Below, one piece after another: positions 1 through 10,150 of a stretch of 64,000 nt of DNA. A program made the position numbers and the translations under genes. The notes below the pieces were generated by a model. The model was not told the DNA's origin. It saw only the letters and a program-made list of their open reading frames with translations, and did not search any database. The stretch spans positions 64,001 through 128,000 of the forward strand of contig CAVYHV010000008.1 in NCBI GenBank assembly GCA_963768425.1. The letters run 5' to 3'. Each line of letters begins with the position of its first letter. The first letter of the stretch is position 1. Source of the stretch: Candidatus Bathyarchaeota archaeon. Its GTDB lineage: Archaea > Thermoproteota > Bathyarchaeia > Bathyarchaeales > Bathycorpusculaceae.

Positions 1-1
1 A

Positions 2-205
2 CTAAGCAAAAAAACAATGCGAAAAATTGACACTAACCTGTTCTGGGCTTTTGCCTACAACGCCGTCATGATTCCAGTTGCCGCTGCTGGTTTGCTTAAT
101 CCGATGTATGCAGCTGGAGCAATGGCAATAAGCAGCTTAACCGTGGTCAGCAACTCGGCACTCATTAAGTTGGTTAAATTTAAATCAAAGAAACTTAATG
201 ACTAA
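2..205 (+). CDS. copA: heavy-metal (Cu) P-type ATPase, C-terminal fragment (begins before the window)
   Basis: NLFWAFAYN...P.AA...NP..AAGAMA.SS..VV.NS is the last transmembrane pair of P1B ATPases; frame open to the window edge. Confidence 0.85.
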   Translation, partial: LSKKTMRKIDTNLFWAFAYNAVMIPVAAAGLLNPMYAAGAMAISSLTVVSNSALIKLVKFKSKKLND

Positions 206-230
206 CATAGACATTTTGGAGGTGATGTTT

Positions 231-377
231 ATGGCTAAAGATCCAGTTTGCGGCATGACTGTTGACGAGAAAAAAGCCAAATTCAAATCCGACTACAAAG
301 GCAAAACCTACTACTTCTGCGCACCCACATGCAAAACAACTTTCGACAAAAACCCGACAAAATTCGCCGGCGCATAA
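231..377 (+). CDS. YHS/TRASH-domain metal-binding protein (48 aa)
   Basis: Read by hand: MAKDPVCGMTVDEKKAKFKSDYKGKTYYFCAPTCKTTFDKNP; GGAGGTGA RBS upstream; follows copA. Confidence 0.9.
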   Translation: MAKDPVCGMTVDEKKAKFKSDYKGKTYYFCAPTCKTTFDKNPTKFAGA

Positions 378-610
378 GAAGGGTGAAACTTCGTAAACTG
401 TCGGGTTAGGAATTTATTTTTCCGTTTTCTTCTTTGCTTCTCCCTCTCTCTTTTTCAACAGCTTCATCGAATTATCTGTTTTCTGACGCCGACGGGTACT
501 TAAATAAGTCTTCTATAAAGCACTCGTTCCAGATGTCTTTTCCGCAAATAAACAATAAGATAAAGGGTTCTACACTTGTTTTTTGGCTTGCTCTCTTGTC
601 TGCTCTCCCT

Positions 611-1255
611 TTAGAAAGCGCCTAAGAGAACGTGTTCGGCGAACAAGTCTTCGTTGAACGCTCCAGTGAACTCTATTTTCTCGTTAATGATGATTTTGGG
701 CACGCCAATGACGTTGTATTTCATGGCTAAATCTGGGAACTCCCCACTGTCTATAACGTCAGCCTTTACAAGAGGGCTTTCAACAGCTAGTTTATGTGCG
801 ACTGCCGCGGCTGCTGGGCAATGGGGGCAAGTTAAGCTTACGAAGACTTGGATGTGAACTGGAGATTTGACTTCTTTAAGAATCGACTTCGTGTTTTCAG
901 ACAGGTCAGTTACCCCCTTTGACACGGTAATTACGGCTTCAATCAGAGTTTGAAGCTCATACCCATAAGGTATCCCGTAGATTCTCACACCGTAGTCTTT
1001 CTTGCCTATAATCGCCAACGCAGGTATCTTGTCGATTCCCAGTTCCTTGGCTCGAGCTGAGTCAGCCACAAAATCAAGAACCTCCAAGGAGATTTTCTCA
1101 CTAAGAGGTGGCAACTCCTGCACTAACGCTCTGGTTTGAGAGCAATATTGACATTCAATCTCCTGTGTAAACATGACTATTTTGACTGGGTCAACCAGTT
1201 TCTCCTTAAAGTCGACTTTAAGCAACTCTTTCTTGTCATCCGGGATCAAACTCAA
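611..1255 (-). CDS. protein disulfide oxidoreductase (two thioredoxin folds)
   Basis: CQYC and CPHC motifs, GVP cis-Pro loop. Confidence 0.9.
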   Translation of the reverse strand: MSLIPDDKKELLKVDFKEKLVDPVKIVMFTQEIECQYCSQTRALVQELPPLSEKISLEVLDFVADSARAKELGIDKIPALAIIGKKDYGVRIYGIPYGYELQTLIEAVITVSKGVTDLSENTKSILKEVKSPVHIQVFVSLTCPHCPAAAAVAHKLAVESPLVKADVIDSGEFPDLAMKYNVIGVPKIIINEKIEFTGAFNEDLFAEHVLLGAF

Positions 1256-1406
1256 AAGCTAGACCTCCAAAATCTCTCGATAATTCCAATATTAAACAGA
1301 TTGCTCAGGCATATATTGATTTTTGAATTTCCCAAGACCTCTATAAGCTATCCTCTGCTCAGTTCCGTTTTGCCGACCCGAAGACCCACGTTTATCCGCT
1401 AAACAT

Positions 1407-1913
1407 TTGGAAAACAATCGCAGACAAAAGCCATATAAACAAAGGCAGCTATCAAACCTTGATTTTTACACGTCTAATTTGGCGATGCAAAACTTGACTA
1501 CGAAAATGTACGCTAACGCAAAATTGATTGAAGGCTTCCAAATAGTTCTTGACGACGGAGAAGCCCACAGCACGATTGTGGATCTTGCGCCTGAGCTTGG
1601 AACAGGGCTAGGGCATAGCTCGCTTGAGCTCTGCGTGATGAGCCATGCCGGTTGTTACGTTACAATTCTCGCCTTCGTGGCGAAGAAGATGCATTTGGCG
1701 ATCAAAGGGGCAAAAGTTAAGGTTGAAGCTGTAAAGTCGGATGAAACTGGAACTGTCAGCGAAGAAACCTTTGACATAAACATTAAGACGGATGCGCTTA
1801 TGGATAGGATTGAGAGGCTGCATAAGTTGACGCTTGAAACTTGCCCCGTAGGGATACTTTTCGAGAAGGCAGGAGTCAAAATAAGCTACAAACTAAACAT
1901 TACAAAGGAGTAA
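1407..1913 (+). CDS. OsmC/Ohr family protein (true start probably ~1485)
   Basis: EL...AGC and CPV conserved cysteines. Confidence 0.8.
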   Translation: MENNRRQKPYKQRQLSNLDFYTSNLAMQNLTTKMYANAKLIEGFQIVLDDGEAHSTIVDLAPELGTGLGHSSLELCVMSHAGCYVTILAFVAKKMHLAIKGAKVKVEAVKSDETGTVSEETFDINIKTDALMDRIERLHKLTLETCPVGILFEKAGVKISYKLNITKE

Positions 1914-1920
1914 AAAAAAC

Positions 1921-3108
1921 ATGACAAATGTTGTTGTGAAAGAAGGAATAAATTGGGTCGGTGTCATCGACTGGAACATAAGAGATTTTCACGGGTACAT
2001 AACCAGTCGAGGTACAAGCTACAACGCATACTTGATCAGGGACGAAAAAAACGCGCTTATTGACACTGTGAAATGCAACTTCGCTGAAGAACTTGCACGA
2101 AATATCGAAGAGCTTGTTAGCCCTGAAAAAATCGATTATATCATCGTTAATCATGTTGAGATGGACCATTCAGGCAGCCTTCCCGAAATCGCCAAACTTT
2201 GTAAAAACGCTAAGATTATTGCTTGCCAAAGAGGGAAAGACGCGCTTATCGAGCATTACGGCCCAGAATTTGACCGGGTTGAAGTGGTCAAAACAGGCGA
2301 CGAACTTAAACTTGGGAAGCATACGTTGCGGTTTTTGGAGACGCCTATGCTGCATTGGCCTGACAGCATGTTCACTTATCTTGTTGAAGACAAGATCTTG
2401 ATGTCAAACGACGCTTTCGGGGAACATTATGCTACTTCGGCACGTTTCGACGACGAAGTTGACCAGCAGGAACTAATGGAGGAAGCTCGAACATACTACG
2501 CCAACATCCTCACGCCTTTCGCGCCGCTTATCACACGCAAGATACAGGAAGTCGTGCAAATGGGTATCCCAATAGAAATTATTGCGCCTGACCATGGAGT
2601 TATATGGCGTAAAGACCCATCAAAAATCATTAATGCATACCTGCAGTGGAGCGCATTTAAGTCTGTAGATAAGGTCGTGGTTGTTTTTGATACGATGTGG
2701 GGAAGTACGGACAAGATGGCGCGGGCAATCGAGGAAGGTGTGGCAAGCGAAGGCGTAGAAGTTAGAGTTCTTAAGCTTCGAGCAACCGACAACACTGACG
2801 TCGTAACTGAAATCCTGGAGGCAAAAGCTGTAATTGTTGGTTCTCCGACCCTTAACAGCCAAATGTTTCCAACACTGGCCTCTTTCTTGACCTACATAAC
2901 TGGATTGAAGCCTAAGGGTAAACTGTGGGCGTTTTTCGGGTCCTATGGGTGGGGCGGCGGCGCAGTAAGAGGCATGGTTGAAATGGCGAAGAAAGTAGGC
3001 TTCGAAGTTTACGAGCCAACTGTCGAGGTTAAATACATTCCAGACATGGACGACTTAAAAAAATGCTTTGACTTTGGACAGCAAATCGCCCAAAAAATCA
3101 AAGCCTGA
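1921..3108 (+). CDS. fprA: flavodiiron protein (FprA family)
   Basis: HxExDH, HWPD, DAFG, HG metallo-beta-lactamase di-iron motifs plus C-terminal flavodoxin (TMWGST, GSYGWGG). Confidence 0.95.
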   Translation: MTNVVVKEGINWVGVIDWNIRDFHGYITSRGTSYNAYLIRDEKNALIDTVKCNFAEELARNIEELVSPEKIDYIIVNHVEMDHSGSLPEIAKLCKNAKIIACQRGKDALIEHYGPEFDRVEVVKTGDELKLGKHTLRFLETPMLHWPDSMFTYLVEDKILMSNDAFGEHYATSARFDDEVDQQELMEEARTYYANILTPFAPLITRKIQEVVQMGIPIEIIAPDHGVIWRKDPSKIINAYLQWSAFKSVDKVVVVFDTMWGSTDKMARAIEEGVASEGVEVRVLKLRATDNTDVVTEILEAKAVIVGSPTLNSQMFPTLASFLTYITGLKPKGKLWAFFGSYGWGGGAVRGMVEMAKKVGFEVYEPTVEVKYIPDMDDLKKCFDFGQQIAQKIKA

Positions 3109-3337
3109 CCTTTTGCTTTTTCTCCCTACGTTCTATTTTGCGAAATACAATTCTAAGTAAGCGGTTAACCCAAAGTTGATATCCTGTAATCCAAATCCAA
3201 CGGGATCTTTAATTTCACCTTATCTATAAGAGAGGTATTTGCTGCGACAATCATCTCTGGCAATAGACGCAGCGGATTTATTGTTATTTTACTTTGGAAG
3301 AAATAAAAAAAGTGGAAACAAAATAGGGTTAATGCGC

Positions 3338-3841
3338 TTACTTTATCAACATGAATTTTTCTTTCGGCGTACCGCATATCGGACAGTTATCGGGTGCGTT
3401 GCCTTCGAAGGTGTTTCCGCAGACGGGGCAAACCCAGTAATCCGCTTTTGCTGGCTGAGTTTTACTTTTCAGGGCATCAAGCGCTCTTTGGTACATAGCT
3501 GCGTGGATTTGCTCAACTTTATTCGCATAGTCAAAGCTGATTTCAGCTTTTTTGTTTCCCTCTTTTTTAGCTTCAGCGATGAAGTCAGGGTACATTTTCT
3601 TAAACTCGTATGTTTCGCCACTAACTGCTGTACCGAGGTTGTCGCTTGTTGATTTTACTTGCCCCATAACTTTCAGGTGGTTATGAGCGTGCACAGTTTC
3701 TGCTTCAGCGGCTGCTCTGAATAGTTTAGCGACTTGTGGGAAGCCTTCTTCGTCTGCTTTCTTTGCGAAAGCTAGGTACATTCGATTTGCTTGGGATTCG
3801 CCTGCGAATGCGTCCTTGAGGTTTTGATCTGTTTTAGTCAT
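3338..3841 (-). CDS. rbr: rubrerythrin
   Basis: AFAGESQA..Y, ExxH motifs, C-terminal CPVCG/CPICG rubredoxin domain. Confidence 0.95.
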   Translation of the reverse strand: MTKTDQNLKDAFAGESQANRMYLAFAKKADEEGFPQVAKLFRAAAEAETVHAHNHLKVMGQVKSTSDNLGTAVSGETYEFKKMYPDFIAEAKKEGNKKAEISFDYANKVEQIHAAMYQRALDALKSKTQPAKADYWVCPVCGNTFEGNAPDNCPICGTPKEKFMLIK

Positions 3842-3968
3842 AAAAATCACTGCAAATAGTAAATTGAAATGGAGGTTATAAGCTAATCTGATTTTGCCTG
3901 AATTTCTTTTAAGGTAAAGTATATTAGTTGTTTTATCCTTTGGTTTGGTTTAGTTTTTGGTGAATTTT

Positions 3969-4577
3969 ATGGAGAAAGTAAAATCATTTAGTCTTCCAAA
4001 ATTGCCTTACGACTACAATGCACTGGAACCTTACATTTCAGAGACGCAGCTTAAGCTTCACCATGACAAACACCACCAAGCATACGTGAACGGCGCCAAC
4101 GCAGACTTCGAAAAACTCGACAAGGCACGCAAAGAAAACGCTGAAGTTGACATGAAAGCTCTACTCAAAGACTTATCCTTCAACATCGGCGGTCACCTTT
4201 TGCACTCAACGTTCTGGGAAAACATGGCGCCCGCAGGCAAAGGCGGCGGAGGACAACCCGGCGGAGCATTAGCCGACGCACTCAACAAGGAATTCGGAAG
4301 CTTCGAGCAGTTCAAGAAAGAATTTACGAAAGCTGCGGCGACAACGGAAGGTTCAGGATGGGCTGCCTTAGCCGTTCACCCGTGCGTAGAGAGACCGCTG
4401 ATTATGCAGATTGAGAAGCACAACGTTAACGTTTACCCGACATTCAAAATCCTCATGGTTCTGGATGTCTGGGAGCACGCATACTACGTTGACTATAAGA
4501 ATGAGCGACCCAAGTTTATCGAAGCTTTCTGGAACGTCGTAAACTGGGACAGAGTGAACAAAAACTTAAGCCTTTAA
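3969..4577 (+). CDS. sod: Fe/Mn superoxide dismutase
   Basis: [20 protein letters not shown] signatures. Confidence 0.97.
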   Translation: MEKVKSFSLPKLPYDYNALEPYISETQLKLHHDKHHQAYVNGANADFEKLDKARKENAEVDMKALLKDLSFNIGGHLLHSTFWENMAPAGKGGGGQPGGALADALNKEFGSFEQFKKEFTKAAATTEGSGWAALAVHPCVERPLIMQIEKHNVNVYPTFKILMVLDVWEHAYYVDYKNERPKFIEAFWNVVNWDRVNKNLSL

Positions 4578-4647
4578 AAGTAGACACTCAAGTCACAAAT
4601 CTTTTTTTCTTTAGTTTTTAGCCGAGTTTTCTAATTTTTGCCATTAT

Positions 4648-5338
4648 TTAAGCCGAGGTGGAGTTTCCGCTTTCCATGCTTTTGAGCAGGTCCCTTTGTC
4701 TTTTGCTGTAGACTGTCGATAACCCTTTTTGAATGTAGATGGACACTGCGGCTATGCTTTTTGTCGGGTCGTCTCTCATTTTTATAGAGTACAGGTGCAC
4801 AAGTTTGGTGCCTACTTCGTCTTTGGAAATCTGACCCGTCGTCAGCCTCAGGGCAAGCGAAACAGCGTCGCTGATCGAGCCGCCGGCAGCAACTATCCTG
4901 ATTTTTTCAAATCTTGCTAGCCTCAAAAGACTTATGGTGAGAAGCCTTTCCAAACTGGCTGTCCTGCTTACGCTGACGGTTTGCTCTTCGACATCTTCAA
5001 ATCCCTTTTCCTCTTGTTCTGCTGCTGTGTGCATAATCCCCAATTTGCTTTTGTCCCAGATGCACAGCAATGGCTGATGCTTTATTGACCGCTGTCGTTT
5101 TGAGACTTCCAATGTAGATGTCTTCAACGTAGACTTTGGCGATTTCCGAAGCCATATTCACGGCTGAACAAGCTAAAAAAATTCCGTCTTCTACCCCAAC
5201 AACGTCGACTTCGCCTGCCTCCAGTATGCAGGAGATTATTTCTTCAACAACATCGGTGGTTTTTGCCGAAGCGTCAGATGGCAGAACCGCAATAACTTTG
5301 CCTTTTGGTCCGCTACTCATACAGGGTGCCCAATGCAA
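4648..5338 (-). CDS. tandem Alba-like domain protein, frameshifted near 5040
   Basis: IRIVAAGGSISDAVSLA...SIAAVSIYI resembles Alba IIKARGRAISKAVD...VSTIEI; the upstream ORF 4997-5338 shows the same pattern. Confidence 0.6.
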
Positions 5339-5394
5339 TATTTGGAGCGTCTGCTAATATAATATTTGCCAAATAAAAACAGAAGAGGCTCCGT

Positions 5395-5709
5395 TTAGTG
5401 CGGAGTAATTTTTATCGCTTGAGCCGGGCACTGCATCTCGCATGCAAGGCATTGTATGCAGTCGTTTTCACGTGCAGGGTCAGATTTGCGTTCACTCAGC
5501 GGGTGCCCGGGCGATTCAGCCCAATCATAAAGCGAAACCGGGCAAACGTCGATGCATACGCCGTCTCCGACGCAGCTATCCCAATCCACAGCGCTTGTTG
5601 TTCCATGAATTCCCAGTTTCTCCGGGGCTACTACAGGTCCCCAGACTTTGTGTCCGTTATGTTCGCCAACCACTTGGCGTTTTGTTTGAAAATCAGGGTC
5701 AATAGGCAA
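5395..5709 (-). CDS. zfx: zinc-containing dicluster ferredoxin (Sulfolobus/Thermoplasma type)
   Basis: IDPDF...QVVGEHNGHKVWGP...LGIHGT N-terminal extension, CxxDxxCxxxCP and CxxCxxCxxxCP; TTG start after GGTGA. Confidence 0.85.
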   Translation of the reverse strand: MPIDPDFQTKRQVVGEHNGHKVWGPVVAPEKLGIHGTTSAVDWDSCVGDGVCIDVCPVSLYDWAESPGHPLSERKSDPARENDCIQCLACEMQCPAQAIKITPH

Positions 5710-5807
5710 AAGTTTCACCACTAAAAAGCACCGAAGCGCCAAATATTAGGGTTTCTCCGGTTCAGTTTTGCGTAAAACCTTTTTCGGTTAGTTCTCCATT
5801 TCCATTA

Positions 5808-6581
5808 GTGGTTATTATGGTACAATATTATCTGCCCCTCGGCATGAGATACACCACTTTAGATGAAAGAAAACAGTTTTACACCGAAGAGTTTAATCTG
5901 CAATCTGTAGCTCAATGGTTCAGCAGTCAACAGGGCAGGGTCAGGTTTGCGGTTATCATTGGCAGGCACACCAAAATCTACCCTGAAAAATACAAGGAAG
6001 ATGCTTCAACAACAATTGTGGTTGACGAATACTCTGATTTGGAGGATTTGCGGCTGCAAATACTTGACTTTTTGCCAGAAGCAGTTTATTACGACCGAAC
6101 TGTCTACGATGCGAACGGCGGCAAAACGGGGCAGGAACTCGCTTTTGATCTTGATCCAGAAAACATCACCTGCCCAGTTCACGGTACTTTAGCGGACAAG
6201 ATGAAGAGACAACAGGGTTTGAGTTTCTGCGAGCTGGAGTTGGAAATGGTAAAGCAGGAAGCAGTTAGCATCTTTGAGTACCTTGGTAACCGTTTTTCAG
6301 AAATCAAATGTGTTTATTCAGGTAGAGGTTTTCACATTCACGTCTTTGACAAGGAAGCTTACCTTCTGAGTAGTCAGGAAAGGCTTGATTTGGCGCGAGA
6401 AGTAAAGGGCATTGGCTTCCACATTGACGAGTGGGTTACCTCGGGGGAAATGCGTTTGATTCGGCTGCCTTTTAGCCTGAATGGCTTAGTTTCGAGAATT
6501 GTGTTACCACTAACAAAGGGGGAACTTGAAAGATTCGACGCCGTCCATGACGAGCGTTGCCTGCCAAAATTTCTGAGATAA
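5808..6581 (+). CDS. archaeo-eukaryotic primase (PriS-like) catalytic domain protein
   Basis: ELAFDLD, YSGRGFHIH, ID..V....RLIRLP.SL motifs; CPVH..C putative Zn site. Confidence 0.85.
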   Translation: MVIMVQYYLPLGMRYTTLDERKQFYTEEFNLQSVAQWFSSQQGRVRFAVIIGRHTKIYPEKYKEDASTTIVVDEYSDLEDLRLQILDFLPEAVYYDRTVYDANGGKTGQELAFDLDPENITCPVHGTLADKMKRQQGLSFCELELEMVKQEAVSIFEYLGNRFSEIKCVYSGRGFHIHVFDKEAYLLSSQERLDLAREVKGIGFHIDEWVTSGEMRLIRLPFSLNGLVSRIVLPLTKGELERFDAVHDERCLPKFLR

Positions 6582-6585
6582 CGCC

Positions 6586-6693
6586 TTATTTTTTGACTTC
6601 TTTGGCTTTTTTCTCGCTTTTGGCATAGTACGCTTTCTTTTTCTTTTCCTCTTCAGCTTTAGTGGGTTTGGCTGGTTTTGCTGTTTTTGCCAT
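6586..6693 (-). CDS. 35-aa Lys/Ala-rich small protein
   Basis: MAKTAKPAKPTKAEEEKKKKAYYAKSEKKAKEVKK*, GAGG RBS upstream. Confidence 0.55.
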   Translation of the reverse strand: MAKTAKPAKPTKAEEEKKKKAYYAKSEKKAKEVKK

Positions 6694-6810
6694 TAAAATC
6701 CTCAAATAACTTAACCATAACTCGCATAAAAGATTTTCCAACTGCATAAGTGTCAGTTGAAAAGTTTATTTGTTTTTGCTTTTTTCTTTCCATATGCAGA
6801 AGGTTTTGTT

Positions 6811-7020
6811 ATGGAGAAGTTTGATGTAATCGTTGTGGGGTCAGGCTCGGGAATGCTTGTGGCTTCAGCGGTTGTTGGCTAAGGGCGAGGGCGGCTTTGG
6901 TTGAGTATTGAAAATGGAGGGCATTTGCATAAAACGTCGGTTGCTTTTCTTCAAAGATGTTGACTTGCTCAACAGACGTTATTGCCACGATTCAAACGGC
7001 GGGAAAACCAGGGGTCAATC
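6811..7020 (+). pseudogene. truncated, degraded pyridine nucleotide-disulfide oxidoreductase (dihydrolipoamide dehydrogenase-like) 5' remnant
   Basis: MEKFDVIVVGSGSG FAD motif, then stops and frameshifts around a decayed GIC..VGC..SK redox motif; no C-terminal domains. Confidence 0.7.
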
Positions 7021-7102
7021 AGTTTGACCTAAAACCTAAATTTTTAAATCTAAAAAGTTATATGCCCCTGCAGGCAACTGTTTCTAGCAGAGTTGTTTTG
7101 AT

Positions 7103-7387
7103 ATGAATATTTCTAAAGTTGCTGGCAAGAACAACAAGCACAGAGTTTTCGTTTACGCGTTAAGCACATGCGTATGGTGTAAACTAACAAAACAGTACCT
7201 GAACGAAAACAATATCGCGTACGAATACGTTGATGTTGACTTGGCAGAAGAGGAAGACAAACAGAAAATTCGCGACACAATTCAGAACATGGGCGGCATG
7301 CTGAGCTACCCCACCACGATTGTCGATGACAAAGTTGTGATTACCGGTTTCCGCAAGGACAAACTCAAAGAGGTTCTTGAAATTTGA
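7103..7387 (+). CDS. glutaredoxin-like protein (CVWC)
   Basis: CVWC active site, YPT cis-Pro, GF motif. Confidence 0.9.
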   Translation: MNISKVAGKNNKHRVFVYALSTCVWCKLTKQYLNENNIAYEYVDVDLAEEEDKQKIRDTIQNMGGMLSYPTTIVDDKVVITGFRKDKLKEVLEI

Positions 7388-7956
7388 TCACCCTTGAAGA
7401 AGTACGTAAAAGAGCCGAAGCAGACGCCAAAACCTATGGATACTTCCTTACTCCTCAACCGGATCTGCTTCAAGGTTTTCTTGAAGGATTAAAGACGAAT
7501 GAAGACCGCTACGGCTACCCGCTGTGTCCATGCAGACTCACCTCAAACAACTTCGAATTCGACCGCGATATCATCTGCCCCTGCGACTACCGTGACCCAG
7601 ACGTCGCACAATACGGCTCATGTTACTGCCGCCTCTACGTCAACAAACAAGTGTACGAAAGCAAAAACCTGCCAGAAGTCCCGGAGCGAAGACCACTAGA
7701 CAAGCAGGCAAGAGCATACGGATCTCAAACGGGCGCCTCGGCTAAACCGACAACAGCGGGAGTAGACCAAAAGAAACCCCCCACGGCATCGCCGGAAGTA
7801 GGGAAAGCTCAGCCTACAGTCAAAAAGAAGCTATGGTATTGCAAACAATGCGGTTACGTGGTTTTCAGAGAGGACCCGCCATACGTCTGCCCTATATGCA
7901 AGGCGAAAAAGGAATTATTCGCGGAAATAGAGAGTTCAGTGGAGTTCAAGGGCTAA
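7384..7956 (+). CDS. ferredoxin:thioredoxin/disulfide reductase catalytic subunit fused to a rubredoxin-like domain
   Basis: CPC, CPC, CYC motifs plus CKQCG/CPIC. Confidence 0.9.
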   Translation: MITLEEVRKRAEADAKTYGYFLTPQPDLLQGFLEGLKTNEDRYGYPLCPCRLTSNNFEFDRDIICPCDYRDPDVAQYGSCYCRLYVNKQVYESKNLPEVPERRPLDKQARAYGSQTGASAKPTTAGVDQKKPPTASPEVGKAQPTVKKKLWYCKQCGYVVFREDPPYVCPICKAKKELFAEIESSVEFKG

Positions 7957-7958
7957 AC

Positions 7959-8108
7959 TTATTTCTTGATTTCTATTTCGATTTTTTTCCAATCATCCTT
8001 TATTCCACGCAAAGAAGTTACCGCGCCAGTTATTGTTCCACTCATGATTTTTTCCACAAACTCGTTTAAGGGGATTTCTTTTTCGTCAACTTTTAGTTTT
8101 AAACTCAA
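7959..8108 (-). CDS. 49-aa hypothetical protein
   Basis: MSLKLKVDEKEIPLNEFVEKIMSGTITGAVTSLRGIKDDWKKIEIEIKK*, AGGTGA RBS. Confidence 0.65.
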   Translation of the reverse strand: MSLKLKVDEKEIPLNEFVEKIMSGTITGAVTSLRGIKDDWKKIEIEIKK

Positions 8109-8172
8109 CTCAAATTCACCTGCAGTACTGCTTATCAAATTTGAGGTAAAAGGCTTTTGCCGAAGACAGTTA

Positions 8173-8739
8173 TCAGATTCTTGGCGTGGACGGTTTGATG
8201 GTTACTCTAAGTTTGGTGAGGTTTTCTTTTATCTCTGCTTTGACGCCCATGGCTGAGAAGTATTCTTCAAGGAACACTCTAATAAAATCCTTCGACATCT
8301 CGGATACCAAGACTAGAGTGTAGTCGTTCGGGGCGTTCTTCGTGAGGCGGTAAAAGTTGCAGACCTCAAGTCGCGTCAACATTTCTTCGGGTGAACGAAC
8401 CTTCGTTTTAAGCTGTTCCCAATGGGCGCGGGCTACTTCTTTGTGTTCGCTCCAGAACTTTTCTTTCTCAGGCGATGAAGCAATAAGGCTTAGGAACATG
8501 AGCCAGTGGTCAACGTCGAGGATTATGTGTTCGCCGCCAAGTAGCATGTCCATGTAGCCGTGGATTTTTTTCTTGACTGCAGGATCTTCGAGAGCCATGT
8601 TTTCGTTGTAGAATTTTAGGGCGCGACGCATGATTTCGCTCTGTGAGACTTCTGATTCTTTGCTTATTTTTTCGAGCAGGTCAGCTGTTGTTTTGTCGAA
8701 GGCGACTGTTACTCTTGTTGGGTTAACCATGGTTGCCAC
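8173..8739 (-). CDS. ribbon-helix-helix (CopG-like) regulator with C-terminal domain
   Basis: RVTVAFD...LEKIS....SQSEIMRRAL. Confidence 0.75.
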   Translation of the reverse strand: MATMVNPTRVTVAFDKTTADLLEKISKESEVSQSEIMRRALKFYNENMALEDPAVKKKIHGYMDMLLGGEHIILDVDHWLMFLSLIASSPEKEKFWSEHKEVARAHWEQLKTKVRSPEEMLTRLEVCNFYRLTKNAPNDYTLVLVSEMSKDFIRVFLEEYFSAMGVKAEIKENLTKLRVTIKPSTPRI

Positions 8740-8952
8740 TTCAGATGAATTACGTATTTTCAGATTATTAGAAATTATATAAACATTGCGCTAGATAATG
8801 ACAGATTGTACTCGTCAAATTTAAAGAATAAGCAACTATTACTAAACAAATGTTGAACCCATCAGAGTGCTTTGCAGGTCAAAAATCTTTTATTGCCGCC
8901 CCCCTTAATTTCATAATGCTCGACTCACACCTATTTCTGAGAGGAACAAAAA

Positions 8953-9613
8953 ATGAAAAAACCCGAAATTTACCTTGAACCCAAAGCCCGCGTCGCAAAA
9001 ATAATCGAGTTACTTGAAAAGCAGTATCCCGACGCAAAAACCGCTCTCAACTACTCCAACCCACTGGAAATGCTTGTCGCCACCATGCTTTCCGCCCAAA
9101 CAACCGACGCACAAGTCAACATAGTAACCCAAAGCCTATTCAAGAAATACCACACACCCGAGGATTACGCAAACGCCGACATAAAAGAGCTGGAGCAAGA
9201 CATACATTCAACAGGCTTCTACCATAACAAAGCCAGAAACCTGCAAAACTGCTGCCGAATGCTCGTGGAGAAATTCCATTCGCAGGTGCCGAAAACAATG
9301 GAGGAGCTGCTGGAGCTGCCTGGCGTCGCAAGAAAAACAGCCAACATCGTGCTAAACAACTCTTACGGCATAATCGCTGGCGTAGCAGTTGACACTCATG
9401 TCCACAGGCTTTCACAGCGGCTTGGCTTAACCGAAAACGATGACGCCGCACAAAATAGAGCAGGACCTAATGCAAATCACGCCGAAAGAGAAATGGATGA
9501 AACTCACTGACCTGCTGATTTTCCATGGACGGCAAGTCTGCATCGCAAAAAAACCCAAATGCGACATATGCGTTCTGAACAAGATTTGCCCATGCGCTTT
9601 TGAATTCGGCTAA
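8953..9613 (+). CDS. nth: endonuclease III, frameshifted near 9450
   Basis: LSAQTTD, LPGVARKTAN HhH, VDTHV; FHGRQVC..KKPKC..C.L..IC Fe-S motif continues in another frame. Confidence 0.92.
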
Positions 9614-9670
9614 AAAACATCACCCATTTATACGCCTTCATATTTCCATAGAATTTAGGACCTGAATTTT

Positions 9671-10150
9671 ATGGAAACAAAAGTTAAAGTTGGAGACAAG
9701 GCACCAGATTTTACTCTTCCTGACACTGACAAGAAGCCAAGAAGCCTCAAGGAGTTTTTGGGGCAAAAAGTCGTTTTGGCTTTTTTCGTCGGAGCCTTCA
9801 CTGTCGACATGCACAAAAGAGATGTGTGAGTTCCGCGATTCGATGGCTCGGCTTACCGACTTAAAAGCGCAAGTCATAGGAATAAGCGTCAACGACCCTT
9901 TCAGCAACAAAGCTTTCGCGGAGAAAAACAGGTTGCCCTTCCCAGTGCTGAGCGACTACAACCGTGAAACCGTCAAAAAATACGGGTTAGAGCTCGCAGA
10001 CTTCGCTGGGCTCAAAGGGTACACGGTTGCGAAACGCTCAATATTCATCTTAGACAGAAGGGCGTGGTCAGGTACGTTTGGGTTTCAGACGATCCATCAG
10101 TTGAGCCTAACTATCAGGAGATTCAGAAAGCTCTGGAAGAAATCATGTAG
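9671..10150 (+). CDS. peroxiredoxin (BCP/PrxQ-like), two frameshifts
   Basis: [13 protein letters not shown]...[11 protein letters not shown]...GIS.N...LSD...KRSIF. Confidence 0.85.
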
